Assembly (NCBI GenBank): GCA_965112735.1
Contig: OZ218965.1
Span: 2,108,001 to 2,172,000, forward strand
Origin: Phaeosaccion multiseriatum
Taxonomy: Eukaryota > Protista > Ochrophyta, other classes
DNA: 64,000 bases
Direction: 5' to 3'
Under the pieces are notes generated by a model. That model worked only from the letters and a program-made list of their open reading frames with translations. It did not search any database and was not told the DNA's origin. Made by a program: the position numbers and the translations under genes. Below are positions 13,701-25,439 of the stretch, in pieces. Within the stretch, counting starts at the first letter, position 1, and each line of letters opens with the position of its first letter.

Positions 13701-16432
13701 AACCTCCTCATCCTCAACCTCCTCCTCCTCCTCCTCCGGTTCCTCCTCTACCTCCTTCTCCCACTCCTCCTGGTGTCCCTCCCCCCTGCTCCCCTGCTGC
13801 AACCGTCGCAGCTGCTCCTGCTCCCAGCTTATCTGCTCCTCCTCCTCCTCTGAGTCCGTGAGAGAGAGCGAGCCAGCCTGTGACTCATCCAGTTGTGAAT
13901 TCTCCAAACTGTCCAGTGTATCCAAACTGCACACACTCAGGCACTGAGAGGTCTCCTCATTCCCCCCCGTATCACCAACTGCTGTGCCTCCAACAGCTGT
14001 ATCACCAACAGCTGTATCACCAACTGCCCCCCCCTCCCCCCCCATGAAGGTCACAGAGCTCTCAGCACTCCTGAGCCTCGCCCCCGCCCATTGCCCATCC
14101 CCGCCCTCCTCTTCCTCCTCCTCCTCCTCCTCCACCTGGTTCTGACTTCCCTCCCTCCTTCCCCTTCCCCCCACTAGGGCATGTGGTGGTTCTCCAAGTC
14201 GTCGTCCCTGTGGCGGCGGTGTGGAGGTTTCCGGACCGGCGCCCTCACCCTCCTCCCCTTGCTCGTCCCCCGCCCCCGCCCCCTTACCCTGTGTCCCCCT
14301 CTTCTTGCTCTCCTCCCGCTCCCTCTCCCGCTCCAGCCTCTGTTCGCGCCTCCTCCGCTTCCTTTCCCTCTTGTCCTCCTCGTCGTTAGGCCCCCTGGCT
14401 CTCCTCCTCTCCTGCTCATCCCTCTCTCTCTCCAAGGCAAGCTCTGCTGCTTGTGCTTCATCACGGATGCGCTTCTTCTCTGCACGCCTCTCAAGCTTCT
14501 TCTGCATTGCGCGCTGAGGAGGGGAGGGGAGGGGAGGGGAGGGGAAGAGGAGGGGAGGGGAGGGGAGGGGAGGGGAGGGGAGGGGTCGTACGTGCGTGCG
14601 TGAGTGAGTGAGTTGCATTACAAGCGAACTTGCTCGGTAATTAGAACGTTGGCTAATGAGTTAGTGGGTGAGAGAGTGAGCGAGACAGTGAGTGAGTGAG
14701 TGAGTGGGTGAGTGAGTGAGTGAGTGAGTGAGTGAGTGAGTGAGTGAGTGAGTGAGTGAGTGAGTGAGTGAGGAAGTAAGTACTTGAACGAGTGAGTGAG
14801 TGAGTGAGTGAGTGAGTGGGTGAGTGAGTGAGTGAGTTGAGTGAGTGAGTGAGTGAGTGAGTGAGTGAGTGAGTGAGTGAGTGAGTGAGTGAGTGAGTGA
14901 GTGAGTGAGTGAGTGAGTGAGCGAGTGAGTGAGTGAGTGAGTGAGTGAGTGAGTGAGTGGTTGCATGAGTGAGTGAGTGAGTGAGTGAGTGAGTGAGTGA
15001 CTGAGTGAGTGACTGAGTGACTGAGAGAGGGAGTAAGTGAGTGGTGTGGGTCAGTGGATGGGAGTAAGTAAGTGAGTGGTTGAGTGAGTGAGTGAGTGAG
15101 TGAGCGAGTGAGTGAGTGAGTGAGTAAGTGAGTGAGTGAGTGAGTGAGCGAGTGAGTGAGTGAGTGAGGGAGCGAGTGAGTGAGTGACTGAGAGAGTGAG
15201 TGGGCTGGCGGGTGGGAGTGAGTGAGTGAGTGAGTGAGTGATTGTGTGAGTGAGTGAGTGAGTGAGTGAGTGAGTAAGAGAGTAAGCGAGACAGTGCGAG
15301 AGTGAAAAAAGTGAGTGGGCTGGCGGGTGTGAGTGGGCTTGCGGATGAATGCAGGGGTGCGTGTATCATAGGCGACGTGTGTGTGTGCGTGCGTGACTAA
15401 CCTCATTCCGGAGCCTGCGCAGCTGCGAGCGTGTGAGGGGTGGGGCCCGAGCCTCTCTGTTACGCTGCAGAGAGGCGGCAATGGATGGGAGGGCGCCGTA
15501 GCTCTCCGTGCGGATGGTGTGGGCTTCACGCACCCACTCCTCGGGCAGTAGGGGGTTGCCGTGTAGGTCCAGCCGCCGCAGCCTTGGCCAGTTGGTCATA
15601 CAGCAGTTGGTCATACAGCATTTGGTCATACAGCAGTTGGTCATAGAGTAGGAGCAGGTGGTCATTATAAATCCGTCCGAGGGAGCTTCACTTCGGTGCC
15701 ATTGAGTGCCATGGATTCCGTTACGCTTCCCTGTATGCCTCTGTGGTCCGTGCCCAGGCCAATGCCGAGGCCAATGCCCAGGCCAAGGCAGAGAGGGTCC
15801 ATGCACACACCACCGAGACCAACACGACGCCAACACCACCTTCACTTCATGCCAAGGCTATGCGATAGAGAGCCACGCCCTCCATCCACTGCCATCCCCC
15901 CCCCTCCCCATCCACTGCCATCCCATCCCATCTCCCTCGACTCACCTGCCATTGAGCACGAGGCAGTGCGCAAGCTCCTGCCCCCCGAAACTGTCAATGC
16001 CGTTAACGGACAAGTCCACTCTAACGAGCCCCACGTTGCGCGCAACGGCCCCGCACCACTTGTAGAGGCCGATCTTGAGGCCGCCCTCTTGGGCCCCGAT
16101 GGCTTGCATGTGCAGCTCATGGAGGGTGTCATTGTCAAGCAGGAAGGGGGACAGCGTCTGGAGAGGGGGAGGGGGAGGGGGGGGAGGGTTGGCGGGGGTG
16201 AGAGGGTGGGTGGGTGGGTGGGTGGGTGGGAGGGAGGGAGGGAGGGTGGGTGGGTGGATGGGTGGGTGGGAGGGTGGGTGGGAGGGTGGGTGGATGGGTG
16301 GGTGGATTGGAGGTGAGGCATACGAGAGCGATATCGAGAAGGGGGAGGGGAGAGAGAGGGAGGGAGATAGAGAAAGAGAAAGAGCAAGAGACAGGCAGAG
16401 AGAGAAAGAGGGAGAGAGAGACAGACAGACAG

Positions 16433-16473
<41 letters not shown>

Positions 16474-19400
16474 AAGGGACAGAGAGAGAGCAGCTACTGA
16501 CAACTTCGATCCTAGCCCCCCACCCCTCCCCAGCAAGTGGACACTGAAACTGCCCAGCAAGTGGACACTGAAACTGCCCAGCAAATGGGCACTCAAACTG
16601 CCCAGCAAATGGACACTGCAACTCACCTCCAGCCCCTTGGCCCCGAGGGGGTTGTGTCCGATGTCAAGCACTCTCAGTGCGGCGTTGCGCTTCAGTGCCT
16701 CGCACAGCAGACCCGCAGAGTCCGCCCTGATGGCAGTCATGGATGGCAGGGGATGGCAGGGGATGGCAGGGGATGGCAGGGGATGGTAGGGGATGGCAGG
16801 GGATGGCAGGGGATGGTAGGGGATGGCAGGGGGTGGCAGGGGATGGCAGGGGATGGCAGGGGATGGCAGGGGATGGTAGGGGATGGTAGGGGATGGCAGG
16901 GGATGGCAGGGGATGGTAGGGGATGGCAGGGGATGGCAGGGGATGGCAGGGGATGGCAGGGGATGGCAGGGTATGGAGGGTGGGAGGGGGCTGGTCAGTG
17001 CTGGGGCGCCCTCCCTCGCCCCCTCCCCTTCCTTCCTCCTTCCCCATTCCCCCCACACCTCCCCTCCCTCCCTCTCTCTATATCACCAACTCGCTCACCT
17101 AAGATGGTTGTGCTTGAGCGCAAGCGTGGTGAGCCCTCTACTGTGCAGGAGCATGTCCGCCACCGCCGCACAACCGTCGATGTGAATGAGGTTAGACGAA
17201 AGGAACAAGGAGCGCAAGGAAGGGTGGTTCTTCACGCCAAGCATAAGGGCCGAGGTGCCGTCGTCGCCAAGGCTGTTGTTGCTCAAATTGAGGAACACGA
17301 GGGACGCGTTGGTGCTGCAGTAGGGTGAAGGGGGCAGCAGTTACAGTTGGCGGGTAGGCAAAGGTCGTTGGACGTTCGGGCAGTCAATCAATCAGTAAGG
17401 GGAAGGAGCAAATTAGGGAGTCTGACTGGGAGTCGGTCAATCCGTCAGGCAGGCCGTCAGACAGTCAGGCAGCTAATGCCTGGTGTCCGTCAGGCAGTCA
17501 ATCAGTCAGGCAGTCAGTCAGTCAGTTAGTCAGTTAGTGAGTCAGTCAGTCAGTCAGTCAGTCAGTCAGTGAAGCAGGGCCACCAAGCGATCAATCAATC
17601 AATCAATCGATCCATCAATTTCAAACCCGTCGAAGGGAAAAGTTGGAGCAGCGGCGCAGCAGGGCAGCAGGCATATGGGCAGGCAGCCAGAGCCCCCAGG
17701 GAGGGGGGGGGCGATCAGACCTTGGACTAAGGTGGGCAAGGAAGAGGGCGGCCCGTCGTCCCCCCCTTCCCACCCTCCCTCCCTCCGTCCCTCCCTCCCT
17801 CACTCCCTCCCTGCCTGCCTGCCTGCCTCCCTCCCCCCTCCCTCCCTCCCTCACCCTACTCTACCCCACTCCCTCCCTCCCTCCCTCCCTCCCTCCCTCC
17901 CTCCCTTCCGTCCGTCCGTCCCTCCCTTCCTTCCTCCCTCCCTCCCTCCCTCCCTCCCTCCCTCCCTCCCTCCCTCCCTTCCTCACCCCACTCTACCCCA
18001 CTCCCTCCCTCCCTCCCTCCCTCACCCCACTCTACCCCACTCCCCTCCCTCCCTCCCTCCCTCACCCCACTCTACCCCACTCCCCTCCCTCCCTTCCTCA
18101 CCCCACTCTACCCCACTCCCCTCCCTCCCTCTTGTACCTGAGCGCTTGTCCGAGGTCCTTCGCTCCCTTCAGTCCGACCCCATTGAAGCTGCAGTCAAAC
18201 ATGCGCACCGGCGGGCCTTTCACCTTGCCCCTCCTTCGCATGGCCCAGCCATTCGCGTTGGTGATACAGCTCGGCCCCCCCTCACACAGGACCTGCGCCA
18301 ATGCCGACAGCCCCTGCCCCGACAAGCCGTTGTGACTCACGTCAAGATGGCTCACGTGATGGTCAGCGTAGAGGCAGGCAGCGAGTGCGGCAGCCCCGTC
18401 GTCGGCGATCGCCTTGCCCCGGAGACACACCTCGACCATCCGCTCGGGCGTGGAGGCCTCCCCTGAGTACGCCGCTGCAGGAGACACCTCCACCTCCCTT
18501 CCGCAAGGAGCGATGACCACCACGTTGAGCAGCGCAGAAGACGCACCGCGGATGTGAGGGCGCGTATTGGACCCCGGGGTGGAGCCAACGGAGCCAACAG
18601 AGGCGGCGCCAGAGGCAACAGAGGGGGTAGGGGAGGGGGCAGAGGAGGCGCTCCTCCACAGACTGAGGGGCTGCTGGTGCCCGGCCTTGTCCTCTCGCGC
18701 CCTGCGTAGGCCGGCCTCGTGCGCATACATCCAGGCACGTGCGCCTCGCAGATCAGAAACCCTCTCTTGGTCCTTTAACAAGCCTTCGATCCCTCCCTGC
18801 CGGCCGGGGCGGTCGGCGAGAGTACTCACTTCGTCCTGCTCCGTCAAGCGAATGTCAAGCGAATGTCAAGAGAATGTCAAGCGAATGTCAAGCGAATGTC
18901 AAGCGAATGTCAAGCGAGTGTCAAGCGAATGTCAAGCGAATGTCAAGCAAACGTCCAGCAAATGTCAAGCGTATGGGGCGGGGGGGAGGGGTCGGGATTG
19001 GCCGTGCACAGGCTTCAGATGGCGCTTATCTATACACACGCACACGCACACACACCCACACACATGCGCACACACACACGCACACACACGCACACGTACA
19101 CACATACAGCCCCACACCTCAACCCACCCCACATCCCGGAACGGAAACCTGCCCCTCCACCTTGTCCCCATAGTCCCTTCCCCTCACACCCCACTTTCTT
19201 AGGTGATTCCTACTCCTACAAAGTCAATGAACAACCCCACCTGTCCCATCCATCCCCACTTTCTTAGGTGATTCCTACTCCTACAAAGTCAATGAACAAC
19301 CCCACCTGTCCCATCCATCCCCACTTTCTTAGGTGATTCCTACTCCTACAAAGTCAATGAACAACCCCACCTGTCCCATCCATCCCCACTTTCTTAGGTG

Positions 19401-20690
19401 ATTCCTACTCCTACAAAGTCAATGAACAACCCCACCTGTCCCATCCATCCCCACTTTCTTTGGTGATTCCTACTCCTACAAAGTCAATGAACAACCCCAC
19501 CTGTCCCATCCATCCCCACTTTCTTAGGTGATTCCTACTCCTACAAAGTCAATGAACAACCCCACCTGTCCCATCCATCCCCACTTTCTTTGGTGATTCC
19601 TACTCCTACAAAGTCCATAAACAACCCCACCTGTCCCATGCCCCCTCGGTAGTACTGGTCCTCCGCCTCCCAGCCTATCGCCCTGTCCCCTCTCCTGCCC
19701 AAGTTGTGGTGCGCCACAACAAGGAGGTTACAGATGTCGCCCTCCGGCCCCTGGACAATGGGGGTGTTGCCCCCGTCGAGCTGCTTCCTGCCGTCCACGG
19801 TGAAGTAGTAGTGGTACACCCCGGGCACGAGGCGGATGTGGAGAGAGTGCGCGATGAAGCCCAGGCGGTGGTCCTCGTTCATGTCCTGTCGGTGATCGGT
19901 GATGGGCACAGGTATAGCAGTTGGTGATATAGCCACAGGTGGTGGTACAGTACAGCAGTTGGTGGTACAGTCAGTCCCGGGGAGGGGGGGGGGGGGGGGG
20001 GCGCTACGGCTCTATATGTGGCTTTCGCTTCGGGCCACTGCCTGTCTTTTCCCCTCCCCACACCCACGCACGCACTCACGCACCCACGCACCCCCGTATA
20101 CATATACACCCACCTGCCCAGCCCATCCGTTGAAGGATGCAAACACGCGTGCCCTTGAGCGTGTGAATCCCTCTAACCGAAACTCCACCTCCGCTCTCTC
20201 ATCGAGCCCGTCTTCGGAGGAGCGAAGTCCGTGAGCACCCCCCCTGGGCACCACCCACAGTGCCTTGCAGCCGTCCTCTGTCCCTGCTGCCCTTGTCCCA
20301 AGCAACGCCCCCACGTGGCCCCCTCTATCCCTCCTTCCCCCCCGCCTCCCTGTGGGCTCCACGCCCCCCTGCTGTTGCAAGAGCTTTAACAACACATGCT
20401 GCAGTGCCACAGAGCTCTTCCCCGCCACACGCCGCCCCCCCGCCTTGCCCCGCCGCATCAACGACACCACCCCCCCGTCTACTGCCATCCCTCCCCCCCT
20501 TCCTCCACCCCTCCCCCCGCCGCTCTCCCAGTCCCCTGGGGTGAGCCCCCCCCGGGTCTTGTGAAGGGCTCTCTTGGCCCTCCATTCTGCAGGGTCCTGC
20601 CCCTCAACGCTCATTCCCCTTGCCAGTGCCTCTCCACACAGGTCAGAAGGATCCTCCAGCCTCGGGTGCAGCCTGCGTGTGTGTGTGTGG

Positions 20691-20732
<42 letters not shown>

Positions 20733-23700
20733 GTGCGTGTGTGTGCGTGTGTGTGTGTGTGAATGTGTGTGTGTGTGTCATGTTAAGTTATGTGAGCGTT
20801 TACGTAAGGTTGTATATGATGGGTGTGGGTGTAAAATGTGTGAGCATGTATATCGTGTTGTACCGCGTGTGTGTCTACATCGAGGCAGGTATTTCGGTTC
20901 GTTGGTCGGTTCTTTGGTTTATTGGTTGGTTGGCTGGTTGATTGGTTGGTTGGTTGATTGGATGGTTGGTTGGTTGGTTGGTTGGTTGGTGGGTGGGTTG
21001 GTTGGCTGGTTGGTTGGTCGATTGGTTGGTTGATTGGTTGGTTGATTGGTTGATTGGTTGGTTGGTTGGTTGGTTGGTTGGTTGGTTGGGTGGGTGGTGG
21101 GTGGATGAATGGACGCATGGACTGATAGCTGACACCCTCCTTACTCTGCTGACTGACTGACTGACTGACTGACTGACTGACTGACTGACTGACTGACTGA
21201 CTGACTGACTGACTGACTGACTGACTGACTGACTGACTGACTGACTGACTGACTGACTGACTGACTGACTGACGGACTGACTGACTGACGGACTGACGGA
21301 CTGACTGACTGACTGACCGACTGACCGACCTGTAGGGTGCCGTGTTCTCAGGGTGCAGCTCTACACCAAGGTCCTTTGAGTACAGCAAGTGGAACTTCTT
21401 CGAGAACAGCAAGCGCCGCACACGGTACAGCCTGGGGGATGGCAATGGATGGGGAAGCAGGCGTGAGCGAGTAGGGTAGGCGAGGGCAGGGGGCGAGAGA
21501 CATAAGAGACACCAGACAAGCGAGAGAGACTCGAGAGAAGCCGTATCGGAAACACACCCCACGTGAGAAGCCGTATCGGAAACACACCCCACGTGTCGGG
21601 GGTGGCTTGCTTTGAGAGGGCGGGTGAAAGGCCCCCCCCCTGGATGAAGGGGTGAAAGAAAGTGCATCCCCCTGCCCACCCCGCCCCTCCTCCTCTTCGG
21701 TTGATTTCCCCTCCTGTAAGTCAATAAACTCAATTCCCTCCCCCCCCCTCCTCCCTCCCGCTCCCCTCACCGGCACTGCACGGTATCCTTCTGCTCGAGG
21801 AGGCTGCTGACGGGCTCAAAGCGCCTCTCCGCCGCTTCGAAGAGCTTCGCCTTTTCCTCGTGCAGAGAGACAGCCTTCTTGTTGTGCGAGTGGAGGGCTT
21901 CCAGGCTGGGGTGGGCAGCATGATGGGAGAGTATGAGTTTGAGACAGAGGGGATTGGAGAAGTATGGAGGGGCATTGAGTGCCATCGATCAGTGCCATCG
22001 AGAGCAACAACTAAACGCCATCGAGAGCCGCCAACGTGCGGTGCTCGGCTCGAACCTCCTGCCACCGGACTCAGCGAGTCAAACACAAATGTAGTACCCA
22101 GATCCAACCCCCCACCCTCCTCTCCCCTCCCCTCCCCTCCCCTCCCCTTCCACCCACTGCCACCCCCCCCCAACCCACCTGATGAAAGCGGTGTGACATT
22201 CGTGGCACACGTAGCGAGGCGGTCTGAACACACGAAAGTCGTCTCTCTTGATGGCGGCGATGCGCGCTTGTGCGTGTGCGATGATGACCCTCTGTGCCTC
22301 TGTTCGGGCCATGGCGCCAGACAGCTTGGACATGAAGTTGGAGGCGAATAGGGCGGCAGTCTGGCCCATGGCGCCTCTGAGGGGGGGTGGGGGTGGGGGT
22401 GGGGGTGGGGGCAGAGAGAGGGGGAGAGGGAGAGGGAGAGGGAGAGGGAGAGGGAGAGGGAGAGGGAGAGGGAGAGGGAGAGGGAGAGGGAGAGGGAGAG
22501 GGAGAGGGAGAGGGAGAGGGAGAGGGAGAGGGAGAGGGAGAGGGAGAGGGAGAGGGAGAGGGAGAGGGAGAGGGAGAGGGAGAGGGAGAGGGAGAGGGAG
22601 AGGGAGAGGGAGAGGGAGAGGGAGAGGGAGAGGGAGAGGGAGAGGGAGAGGGAGAGGGAGAGGGAGAGGGAGAGGGAGAGGGAGAGGGAGAGGGAGAGGG
22701 AGAGGGAGAGGGAGAGGGAGAGGGAGAGGGAGAGGGAGAGGGAGAGGGAGAGGGAGAGGGAGAGGGAGAGGGAGAGGGAGAGGGAGAGGGAGAGGGAGAG
22801 GGAGAGGGAGAGGGAGAGGGAGAGGGAGAGGGAGAGGGAGAGGGGGAGGGAGAGGGAGAGGGAGAGGGAGAGGGAGAGGGAGAGGGAGAGGGAGAGGGAG
22901 AGGGAGAGGGAGAGGGAGAGGGAGAGGAAGAGGGAGAGGGAGGGACAGGGAGAGGGAGAGAGGGAGTGAGGGACAGAAAGAGGGGGTGAGAGACGGGGGA
23001 GGGGAGGACAGAGAAAGAGGGAGGGAGGGTATCGTATCGGGGAGGGGGGGAGGGAGTCAGGGAAGAGCCGGACCCTGACCAGGCTTGGCCGGCCAGCTGT
23101 CAGCCCTCGGAATTGCATCGGTCCTCTCCTGAGAAGGCGCTACCTCCTTCCCTCCCTCCCTCCCTCCTTCCCTCCTTCCCTCCCTTTCTCCCTCCCTCCC
23201 TCCCTCCCCCCTCTCCCCTCACCCCTCCTCCCTCACCTCCTGGCGGCATTGGCATTGTCCCTATACCACACAAAGAACTCATCGAAGTCCACCTCTCCAC
23301 TGCCATCCTTGTCAATGCCCTTCATGAGGCGCTTGACGCCCTTCTTGTCCATGGGTATGGCCAAGGCCCTTAGTAGGCTACGCATCTCCTTTTGGTCGAT
23401 GGTGAGGGAGCCGTCGGCGTCGAACATGGTGAACACTTCGTGCGCCTTTTGCTTCAGACGGGCCTCGCGACGCGCCTCCTTCTCCTGTTTGGGTAACCAT
23501 CCACCCCCCAAGATGTACATACACGCATGAGTATACAGAGGTGTATAGGCACACACACACACACGCACACACATACAAAGCGTGGCCCCGGAGCAGAGCG
23601 GCAGCGGTTTGCGCAAGACGCATCTCGTGGGGCAGCAGCGGTTAGCGCAAGACACATCTCGTGGGGCAGCAGCGGCACGAGAGAGCCGAGCCCTCGGCCC

Positions 23701-24635
23701 GACCTTCAGGCCCTGACCTTGGCCCGACCTTCAGGCCCTGGCCTTGGCCTGGCCTTGCCCTGGCCTTGCCCTGGCCTTCCTTCGTACAGCCCCTGGCCTG
23801 GCCTTCCTTCGTACAACAAGGGCCGTTGGGGGTGCCAAGGCTGCTGTAAGGCGCCTGTTGGCGCAATGCCCTGTGCCGCCCTCTCTCTCTGCCCTTCCCC
23901 CTCCTTACCTCTGCCAAAAGAGAGCACCTCGCCGCCCCGCTCACAGCCTATATACCCCCAACTGGCACTCTCACCTTCTCTAGAATGGCCTTCTCTTCGT
24001 CCGTGAGGCGCGCGGGCCCGCTAAAGACGCTGCTTCCTTCGGTCTTCAGGCGGAGGGTCTTGCTCTGGAAGCCGCTCCTCGCCTTGCTCTTGCTGCCCAC
24101 AGAGAGGGAGGCGACACTCTTTTCCCCCCCGCCGCTGTCCTCTGCCCCTCCGGCCCCGTCTTCGTCCTCGTCCTCATCCTCCTCTATGTAGCCGGGCTGC
24201 TGCTTCTTCCACTCTGCCATGTTGGCCACGACGAGCCTCAGCTCCCTGCGCCCGTCTCTGGCGAGGTCGAGGTACTGGACCAGCAGCTTTGCGACTGCCT
24301 GAAAGTGGTAGATAAACCCAGAGCGGAGAGTGAGCAACAGCTGGCTGGCAAGGCTTGAGGGGCCGGGAAATCGGTAGGGGCTCCCTTCTGTGTAAGAGGC
24401 AAGACAACGAGATGGAACCAAGTATTCAGGCGGCGTGTACTGAGAGGGCTCCTACCTCTTGCGCCTTTTTTATCTCTGTGTCCTCCATGACCTGCCGCAT
24501 CCGGGCTTCCGTCCTGAGGTCCCGCTCTCTCTCCTGCAGGCCTTCATTGTACTCGTGCGCCTCAGGGGCGTCTGGGAGAGCTCGCTTCCTGCCTACCCGC
24601 CGGTGCCGTCTGTTGCGCGTATCCCACGCGTACAT
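6995..24635 (-). CDS. Very large multi-exon protein: EF-hand pair, C2H2-like Zn finger, AMPK-beta-type CBM48, RNI-like LRRs, coiled coil, second EF-hand/Zn-finger module, two SH3b-like domains
   Basis: Exon peptides: MYAWDTR (ATG 24635, in-frame TAA just upstream); [13 protein letters not shown] and [14 protein letters not shown] (23236-23487); [18 protein letters not shown]; [29 protein letters not shown] (19632-20233); LRRs [36 protein letters not shown] (15402-18430); [11 protein letters not shown] (~11700); [17 protein letters not shown] (9232-9388); [22 protein letters not shown] (8161-8258); last exon [13 protein letters not shown] with stop at 6995-6997. The junctions checked are phase-compatible; not every junction was verified. 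Confidence 0.7.
7155..7262. repeat. 20-bp tandem repeat (AGGTAGAAAGGCATATGGAC) x5 near an intron 3' end
   Basis: Direct reading. Confidence 0.95.
7300..7592. repeat. (CACT)n microsatellite, equal to (GTGA)n on the coding strand and starting at a splice donor
   Basis: Direct reading; on the minus strand it begins GAG|GTGAGTGAGTGAG. Confidence 0.95.
11008..11142. repeat. 13-14-bp tandem repeat (TTACGTACCCCC), about 10 units, at a splice donor
   Basis: Direct reading. Confidence 0.9.
11757..11945. repeat. 11-bp tandem repeat (GAGGCATACGA), about 17 units, abutting a splice acceptor
   Basis: Direct reading; it produces the spurious '[11 protein letters not shown]' ORFs. Confidence 0.95.
12864..13458. 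repeat. Intronic GGATGG/GGCAGTGG minisatellite (about 600 bp)
   Basis: Units such as GGATGGCAGTGGATGGAGG; it lies between the GT at ~13601 and the AG at ~12850 of the minus-strand gene. Confidence 0.95.
14688..15275. repeat. (GTGA)n degenerate microsatellite, intronic
   Basis: Direct reading. Confidence 0.95.
16740..16972. repeat. 10-bp tandem repeat (GGGGATGGCA), about 23 units, intronic
   Basis: Direct reading. Confidence 0.95.
18843..18970. repeat. 11-bp tandem repeat (GTCAAGCGAAT), about 12 units
   Basis: Direct reading; it shares the GTCAAGCG core with 4800-4923. Confidence 0.95.
19189..19639. repeat. 65-bp minisatellite, about 7 near-identical copies, containing an exon/intron junction
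   Basis: AGGTGATTCC or TGGTGATTCC recurs at 19201, 19266, 19331, 19396, 19461, 19526 and 19591 (period 65). Each unit contains minus-strand GGGACAG|GTGGGG. Confidence 0.95.
20920..21328. repeat. (GGTT)n followed by (GACT)n microsatellites, intronic
   Basis: Direct reading. Confidence 0.95.
22421..22940. repeat. (GGAGAG)n hexamer array, about 85 nearly perfect copies, intronic
   Basis: Direct reading; source of the poly-GR, poly-GE and poly-LS ORFs. Confidence 0.97.
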
Positions 24636-25107
24636 GGTTTAAGTCGAATGCCTTTCTTGGTAGCGCCCTTGCCTTTGCCTTCAGCCTTCAGCGAGGGAGA
24701 GGAGAGTTAAGAGAAAAGAAACAGGAAAAGAGCCTCCAGGAGCACATTTTGCGGCCTTTTCAAACCGAGTGTGGGAACGGCGAGCGTACCCACCGATTTT
24801 CCATAACCTCGTGTACCTCCTCTTCCTCTCGACGCTCCTCTGCTTACAGAAATGTGCTTACAAGAGATACATGCGAAGAAATATCGTTACGTCGTTGCCA
24901 GACTGTGAAGCTACCCATCGGCTGCCATCTCTATATATATCTCTCTCGCTCTCTCTCTTTTGTTCCGTCTCCTCCCTCTCTCTCTCTCTTCAGACCTGCC
25001 TCTGATTCGACCACGATAGAATGCACGTAAGGAGGGGGCTCCGCACTGAAGAGCGGTGTTCTTTCTTTGTAATTCGTGCTTGCCATCCGGGCAAGCGACG
25101 GTAAAAG

Positions 25108-25403
25108 ATGGAAGGATGTCTGCCCTGCTTCAAAAGCCCCGCACAGCGCGACAAGCGGCGGCGAGAGGCCACGGGGCTAGTGGTAAGTCTAGTAAAGGGA
25201 GGGCGGCTCCTGTGAGGATCACTGTCACGTAATTCACTCTCTCCGCTCCCAATCTTTCCCTTCTGTGTTTCGATCTATCTCGCTTGTGCATTCGAACCGC
25301 ACCTCTTTATTTTGCCTTCAACCCTCTCTGCCATTTTCTCTCACCATGCCTCTCTATCTTCTCGTCCTCTCTCCTTTCTCTCTCTCTTCTCTTCTCTTCT
25401 CTT

Positions 25404-25439
<36 letters not shown>

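Noticed and set aside
12114-14618. 834-aa ORF taken as a single protein with PSIHCH repeats
   Set aside because: The central repeat lies between a GT (~13601) and an AG (~12850) and is a stop-free intronic minisatellite; only the flanks are exons.
19189-19639. Regularly spaced repeats resembling a CRISPR array
   Set aside because: The units are contiguous and near-identical with no unique spacers; the array is intronic, eukaryotic and has no cas genes nearby.
22248-23078. Poly-GR, poly-GE and poly-LS ORFs
   Set aside because: Translations of an intronic (GGAGAG)n tract that has no stop codons.
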